Below, piece after piece: positions 59,182 through 64,000 of a stretch of 64,000 nt of DNA. Made by a program: the position numbers and the translations under genes. Position 1 is the stretch's first letter. Each line of letters begins with the position of its first letter. This DNA is from Acidobacteriaceae bacterium (lineage in GTDB: Bacteria > Acidobacteriota > Terriglobia > Terriglobales > Acidobacteriaceae), in the NCBI GenBank assembly GCA_965199145.1, contig CBDAQH010000002.1, positions 2,146,012 through 2,210,011 on the forward strand. The letters run 5' to 3'. A model generated the notes under the pieces. The model saw nothing but the letters and a program-made list of their open reading frames with translations. It ran no database searches and was not told where the DNA came from.

Positions 59182-61641
59182 ATGGCCGGAATCGCAGGAG
59201 ATCTCAGAACGGCAGCCGCCACGCGCACCCTCGAAGCCATGCCCACTCCCCCGGTGCCCGGCGAGCTGGACCTCACCTCCTGCGATCGCGAACCCATCCA
59301 CATCCCCGGCAGCATCCAGCCTCATGGCTTTCTTCTGGTACTTGATAGGGCGGGCCGGGTCACTGTCAGCAGCAGCAATGCCGGCGACTTCCTCCATCGC
59401 CCTCTCCACTCCATCTTCGGCGAAACGCTTCCCGGGCTCCTCGGCCAGACCGGCCACCGCATCCTCTCGGAGTTTGGTTCTCAGCCGCTTGGCTCTCAGC
59501 CGCTTGGTTCTCAGCCGCTTGCCCGGCCCGCGGCGGAAGACTCCCGCCCCTTCGCCTCCCGCCTTCTCGCCTCCATTGATATCCCAGCCGCCGACGGCCC
59601 CTCTGCCCGCTTTGAGGTCGTCGCCTCGCAGGCAACCGTCAGCGGCGCCCCCGCCACCATCTTTGAGTTCGAGCAATCCCTCGAGCCCGTCGATATCGAC
59701 GCCCTCAATGCCCGGCTCTACAATTTTGTCGCCTCCATCCGCCGTCTTGAAAGCACAGAAAGCATCTGCCAGGCCGCCGTCGAGGAGATCCACACCCTGT
59801 CCCGCTGTGACCGTGTCGTGCTCTATCGCTTCGATGAGCAGGGCCATGGCCTCGTCCTCGCCGAGGTCCGCGCCCACGACCGCTTTGAGTCTTACCTCGG
59901 CCTGCGCTTTCCCGCCTCGGATGTCCCCGTCCAGGCCCGGCGCATGTACCTCCAGAACCGCGTCCGCATCATCCCCAACGTCGACTACGAGCCTTCCCCG
60001 CTTCTCGCCGCCGGACCAGTCGCAGGGACAGCAGACGCTCCGCGGCAGGCTCCGGAGATCGACCTCTCCCACTGCATTCTGCGCAGCGTCTCACCCATCC
60101 ATCGCCAGTACATGCGCAACATGGGCACCGCCTGCTCCATGAGCATGTCCATCATCATCGACGGCAAACTCTGGGGCCTCGTCTCCTGCCATCACCACTC
60201 TGCGCGCTACGTCCCCCTGCGCCTGCGCTCCGCCTGCGACTTCATCATGCAGATCGTTGCCTCGCAAATTGAGGCGCACACCAGCAGCCTTCGCTTGCAG
60301 CGCGCCCTCGTCGCCAAAGGTGTGCAGGGCCGGCTGCTTGCCTCCATGGCTGCAGCTGACAACTACATGGACGGCCTCATCCAGTCCCCGGAAACACTGC
60401 AGGCGCTCACCAACGCCAGCGGTGCCGCCCTGGTCGTCGGCAGCACCGCTCGCCTCTTTGGCGTCACGCCCTCTGAGTCTCAGGTACTCCAGCTAGTCGA
60501 CTGGCTCTCCTTAAGAGGCCACGACAGCAGCCCCAGCAGCTCCCCCGGCACCATGCACGATAGCGGGAAGGACGAGCTCTTCTCCACCAGCCAGCTCTCC
60601 TCCGTCTACCCCCGCGGCGAAAGCTTCGCCGCGCAGGGCAGCGGCGTGATCGCCATCACCGTTTCCCGGCTTCATAACACCCACGTCCTCTGGTTCCGGC
60701 AGGAGCTCGTCCAAACCGTGCGCTGGGCAGGCAACCCGCAAAAGCCCGCCGAGCCCGCCAGCAGCGCAAGCAATGGCATCGTGCATCCCCGCCACTCCTT
60801 TGACGAGTGGTCCCAGATCGTCCGCGGCTGCGCCCAGCCCTGGGCCGACGAAGAGGTCGAGGCAGCCGCCGAGTTCCGCGCCGCTGTCCTCCAAATCGTC
60901 CTCCGCCGCGCGGAAGAGCTCGCCGAACTCGCCGCCGGTCTCCAGGTCGCCAACGAAGAGCTCGAAGCCTTCTCCTACTCCGTCTCGCACGACCTCCGCG
61001 CGCCCTTCCGCCATATCTCCGGCTTCTCCGAGATGCTCAAGGAAGAAGAAGGGGAGCGCATGAGCCCCCGCGGTCAGCACTACCTCGCCACCATCATGGA
61101 CTCCGCCCGCTTTGCCGGCCTGCTCGTCGACAGCCTCCTCGAGTTCTCCCGCTTCGCCCGTGCCGAAGTCGCCATGGTGCCCATCCACATGGAAGGGCTC
61201 GCCGACCGCGAGTGGGAAGCCGTCCAGTACGACGAAGCCTTGCGCCCCGTCGATTTTTCCCGCGGTCCGCTCCCTCGCGTCCTCGGCGATGCCCAGCTCC
61301 TCCGCCAGGTCCTCCGCAACCTCTTCTCCAATGCCGCCAAGTACTCCGGCAAGCAGCCGGATCCTCGCATCCGCATGGAGTGCCGCACCGAAGGCAGCGA
61401 GTACATCTTCTCCATCGCCGACAACGGCGTCGGTTTTGACCAGCAGTACGCATCCAAGCTGTTTGGCGTGTTTCAACGCTTGCACCGAGTGGAAGACTTT
61501 GAAGGAACAGGCATCGGATTGGCCAACGTGCGCCGCATCATCGGCCGGCACGGCGGCCGCACCTGGGCTGAAGGGGTGGTCGGCAAGGGCGCGACCTTCT
61601 TTTTCTCCCTGCCTGTCGTATTCCTTCCGGAGGACGTATGA
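59182..61641 (+). CDS. bphP: bacteriophytochrome sensor histidine kinase (PAS-GAF-PHY-HisKA-HATPase)
   Basis: Track ORF 58942..61641 trimmed to ATG 59182, with AAGGA 6 nt upstream. Biliverdin-binding Cys context LTSCDREPIHIPGSIQPHGFLL. GAF region SPIHRQYMRNMG. H-box FSYSVSHDLRAPFRHI. Confidence 0.92.
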   Translation: MAGIAGDLRTAAATRTLEAMPTPPVPGELDLTSCDREPIHIPGSIQPHGFLLVLDRAGRVTVSSSNAGDFLHRPLHSIFGETLPGLLGQTGHRILSEFGSQPLGSQPLGSQPLARPAAEDSRPFASRLLASIDIPAADGPSARFEVVASQATVSGAPATIFEFEQSLEPVDIDALNARLYNFVASIRRLESTESICQAAVEEIHTLSRCDRVVLYRFDEQGHGLVLAEVRAHDRFESYLGLRFPASDVPVQARRMYLQNRVRIIPNVDYEPSPLLAAGPVAGTADAPRQAPEIDLSHCILRSVSPIHRQYMRNMGTACSMSMSIIIDGKLWGLVSCHHHSARYVPLRLRSACDFIMQIVASQIEAHTSSLRLQRALVAKGVQGRLLASMAAADNYMDGLIQSPETLQALTNASGAALVVGSTARLFGVTPSESQVLQLVDWLSLRGHDSSPSSSPGTMHDSGKDELFSTSQLSSVYPRGESFAAQGSGVIAITVSRLHNTHVLWFRQELVQTVRWAGNPQKPAEPASSASNGIVHPRHSFDEWSQIVRGCAQPWADEEVEAAAEFRAAVLQIVLRRAEELAELAAGLQVANEELEAFSYSVSHDLRAPFRHISGFSEMLKEEEGERMSPRGQHYLATIMDSARFAGLLVDSLLEFSRFARAEVAMVPIHMEGLADREWEAVQYDEALRPVDFSRGPLPRVLGDAQLLRQVLRNLFSNAAKYSGKQPDPRIRMECRTEGSEYIFSIADNGVGFDQQYASKLFGVFQRLHRVEDFEGTGIGLANVRRIIGRHGGRTWAEGVVGKGATFFFSLPVVFLPEDV
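59476..59520 (+). repeat. 3 x 15-bp in-frame tandem repeat inside bphP (GSQPL x3)
   Basis: ggttctcagccgctt / ggctctcagccgctt / ggttctcagccgctt, encoding GSQPLGSQPLGSQPL in the N-terminal PAS region. Confidence 0.9.
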
Positions 61642-62099
61642 GCTCTCTCAAACCGATCCTGATCGTGGAAGACAATCCCAACGATCTGGAGCTGACCCTC
61701 AACGCCCTCGCAAAAAGCCGCCTCGCCAATGAGGTCATCGTGACCCGCGACGGCGCCGAAGCAGCCGACTACCTCTTCCGGCGCGGTCCCTGGGCAGAGC
61801 GCCCGGTCGGCAACCCCGCCGTCGTCCTGCTCGACCTCAAGCTCCCCAAGATCGACGGCCTGGAGCTGCTCAAAATGGTGCGCGCCAGCGATGAAACCGG
61901 CCGCACCCCCATCGTCCTGCTCACCTCTTCGCGCGAAGAACGCGATGTCGTAAACGGCTACCGCCTCGGCGTCAACGCCTACGTCGTGAAGCCCGTCGCC
62001 TTCTCTGAGTTTGTGCAGGCCATCCAGGACCTCGGCGTCTTCTGGGCGGTCCTCAATGAGCCGCCTCCAGGCAGCGCACGGGTGGTGCGTAATGGCTGA
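61638..62099 (+). CDS. single-domain response regulator (REC only)
   Basis: 153 aa with ILIVEDNPNDLEL, VVLLDLKLPKIDGLELL and YVVKP. Its ATG overlaps the bphP stop (ATGA). Confidence 0.9.
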   Translation: MSSLKPILIVEDNPNDLELTLNALAKSRLANEVIVTRDGAEAADYLFRRGPWAERPVGNPAVVLLDLKLPKIDGLELLKMVRASDETGRTPIVLLTSSREERDVVNGYRLGVNAYVVKPVAFSEFVQAIQDLGVFWAVLNEPPPGSARVVRNG

Positions 62100-63714
62100 T
62101 CCCGCCATGAAGCGCCCCGTCTCCATCCTCCTGCTCGAAGACAGTGAGCTCGATGCAGAGCTAGCCGTCGCTCGCCTGCGCAAGGCAGACCTCGCCCCCA
62201 CCACCACCCTTGCCTCGAGCCGCGCAGAATTCGAGCGCGAGCTGCTCGCCCGCCCCTACGACCTCATCCTCGCCGACTATGCCCTGCCTGATTTCGACGG
62301 CGTCGCCGCCCTCTCCCTCGCGCGCGAGAAGCTTCCCCACACTCCCTTCATCTTCATCTCCGGCCGCGTCGGCGAAGAAGTGGCCATCGACACCCTCCAG
62401 CGCGGCGCCACCGACTACGTCCTCAAGCACCGTCTCGAGCGCCTCGTCCCCGCTGTCCTCCGCGCCCTCAAGGAGGCTGAAGAACACAGCACCCGTATGC
62501 AGGCTGAGGCCCGCCTTAACGAGAGTGAGCTGCGCTTCCGCCACGTCATCGACGCCGTCTCCCAGCTCGTTTGGGTCGCCGCTCCCGATGGCACCCTCAC
62601 CTACAGCAACCAGGCCTGGCGCGATGTCATTGCCGACGGCGTCCATTGCTGGTTCGATGAAAGCCTCTTCCATCCCTCGGATTACCCGGCCTGCCTGCGT
62701 GCCTGGCGCAATGCCCTCGCTCACACCGAGCCCTTCACCATCGAGCTCCGCCTACGCCGGCGCAGCGATGCGACCTACCGTTGGTACCTCCTGCGCGTCG
62801 CCCCCATGCATAACCCGGACCTCTCGCAGGATCTCCCAGCGCACCCATCCGAAAGCGAGATCAGTTGGCTCGGTACCGCCACCGACCTCCAGGACCAGAA
62901 GCTCAACGAAGAAGCCCTCCGCAACGCCGAGAAACTCTCCGTCACCGGTCGCCTCACCGCCGCCATCGCCCACGAGATCAACAATCCCCTCGAATCGCTC
63001 ACCAATCTCCTCTTCCTCGTTCGCATCGAGTCGCAGGGCAATGAGCGCGCCATCAACTACCTCAACATGACCGAGAACGAGCTCGAACGCATCTCGGAGA
63101 TCACCAAGCAGACCCTGCAGTTCTACCGCGATCCCGTCACGCCCGCCGAGATCGACGCCCGCGAAATCCTCAGCGAAGTTCTGCGCCTCTTCGCCACCCG
63201 CACCACCGCCAAAAGCATCTCTGTCTCCTTCACCGCGGAAAGCGGCATCGTCTTCCGCGCCATCAAGGGCGAGATCCGCCAGGTCATCATCAATCTCGTC
63301 ACCAATGCCATCGACGCCGTGCAGCCCTACGGCCACATCGAGGTGGAAGCCCGTCGCTTCTACGCCGATGGCGAGCCCTGGGTCGAAATGCAAGTGCGCG
63401 ATGACGGCTCCGGCATCTCCCCCGAACAAGCCGAGCGCCTCTTCCAGCCCTTCTTCAGCACCAAGGGCATCCACGGCACCGGCCTCGGCCTATGGGTCTC
63501 CAAAGGCATCGTCGAAAAACACGGCGGCACCCTCCGCCTCGGCAGCGTCCCCGCCGACAGCATTCCCAACGCCGGCAGCGTACCCGGCTCTGGCAGCGCA
63601 CCCAGCTCTGGCAGCGCACCTGGCTCTGGCAGCAGCCGCACGGTCGCCTCCGTCACGCTCCCCCTCCAAGCCAGCCCCGAGCTGCAGCAAACCGCCGCCA
63701 CCGCCGCCTCCTAG
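62092..63714 (+). CDS. hybrid sensor kinase (REC-PAS-HisKA-HATPase)
   Basis: Track ORF trimmed to ATG 62092, which overlaps the REC gene stop (ATGGCTGA). ILLLEDSELDAEL...LILADYALPDFDG. H-box AAIAHEINNPLESL. G-boxes DDGSGI and GTGLGLWVSKGIV. Confidence 0.9.
   Translation: MADPAMKRPVSILLLEDSELDAELAVARLRKADLAPTTTLASSRAEFERELLARPYDLILADYALPDFDGVAALSLAREKLPHTPFIFISGRVGEEVAIDTLQRGATDYVLKHRLERLVPAVLRALKEAEEHSTRMQAEARLNESELRFRHVIDAVSQLVWVAAPDGTLTYSNQAWRDVIADGVHCWFDESLFHPSDYPACLRAWRNALAHTEPFTIELRLRRRSDATYRWYLLRVAPMHNPDLSQDLPAHPSESEISWLGTATDLQDQKLNEEALRNAEKLSVTGRLTAAIAHEINNPLESLTNLLFLVRIESQGNERAINYLNMTENELERISEITKQTLQFYRDPVTPAEIDAREILSEVLRLFATRTTAKSISVSFTAESGIVFRAIKGEIRQVIINLVTNAIDAVQPYGHIEVEARRFYADGEPWVEMQVRDDGSGISPEQAERLFQPFFSTKGIHGTGLGLWVSKGIVEKHGGTLRLGSVPADSIPNAGSVPGSGSAPSSGSAPGSGSSRTVASVTLPLQASPELQQTAATAAS
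63574..63636 (+). repeat. 3.5 x 18-bp in-frame tandem repeat in the kinase C-terminal tail
   Basis: ggcagcgtacccggctct / ggcagcgcacccagctct / ggcagcgcacctggctct / ggcagcagc, encoding GSVPGSGSAPSSGSAPGSGSS. Confidence 0.85.
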
Positions 63715-63787
63715 CCTCGCGCGCGCCGCGCCCTGTGCCGCTCTTCGCCGCGCCGCCTCACCTTCACCGCCGCACCGCCTCCACCGA

Positions 63788-63850
63788 GTCATCCTGAGCG
63801 CAGCACAGCCGAGTCGATAGCGCTCCGCGCCCAAGGATCTGCGGTCTCGC
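63788..63850 (+). repeat. B-box repeat copy (no A arm of its own), abutting the next composite copy
   Basis: GTCATCCTGAGCGCAGCACAGCCGAGTCGATAGCGCTCCGCGCCCAAGGATCTGCGG. Confidence 0.65.
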
Positions 63851-63860
63851 CATCCAGGTG

Positions 63861-63975
63861 CCCCGGGTCTCGCCTCTGAGACCTGCTAAAACAGCTTCCG
63901 CCACATCACCCCAATCCACGGACCTTCTGGGACGAGTCATCCCGAGCGAAGCGCAGCCGGAGGATCTGCCCCTGG
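63861..63975 (+). repeat. composite A+B repeat copy
   Basis: CCCCGGGTCTC-GCCTCT-GAGACCTGC. The spacer contains CACCCCAATCCAC, as in the copy at 43501. The B box GTCATCCCGAGCGAAGCGCAGCCGGAGGATCTGCC starts at 63936. Confidence 0.7.
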
Positions 63976-64000
63976 ACTCCGCGCATGTTCCGAATCGCAG

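Noticed and set aside
58918-61551. Two long minus-strand ORFs (58918..60072 and 60511..61551)
   Set aside because: Both are antisense to bphP, with Gly/Ala/Asp-rich translations and no independent support.

Overview
This is a high-GC (about 60-65%) bacterial chromosome segment. Gene content, extended r-proteins and repeat style suggest an Acidobacteriota (Terriglobia-like) genome; that assignment is inference only. Gene order, left to right: (a) the end of an isc Fe-S operon (iscA fragment, hscB, hscA, fdx, iscX). (b) A minus-strand block: yraN, an orphan 128-aa protein, an 824-aa Ser/Thr-rich lipoprotein, vapBC and an S9 peptidase. (c) About 23 kb of plus-strand translation genes: rpsL-rpsG-fusA-tuf, then the S10, spc and alpha operons (including secY-adk-map-infA-rpmJ, rpoA, rplQ), then guaB. 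(d) A more accessory right half: two CarboxypepD_reg secreted proteins, split NHEJ genes (stand-alone LigD polymerase domain and a separate ATP ligase), hydrolases, a 1411-aa GH13-like protein, nrdA-nrdB, DUF1275, recQ, a beta-carbonic anhydrase, and a bphO-bphP-REC-hybrid-kinase phytochrome cluster. I saw no rRNA, tRNA, CRISPR, IS element or prophage, and I recognised no known defence system apart from vapBC. The signals most worth a second look are: (1) a low-GC 344-bp insert with Shine-Dalgarno-led mini-ORFs between rpsC and rplP; (2) an oriented composite hairpin repeat of about 130 bp, present about 11 times and only in the right half, with compensatory stem changes; (3) one truncated copy of that repeat inserted in frame into the GH13-like gene, flanked by 24-bp direct repeats; (4) a second hairpin family (GAAGYGGCCGCYAGCC..GCGCAGGYGG) in three r-protein spacers and expanded 3 x 33 bp in the nrdA-nrdB spacer; (5) a small orphan protein that by eye resembles a primase large-subunit C-terminal core. 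All functional calls come from reading the supplied translations and my own hand translations. No database search was run.
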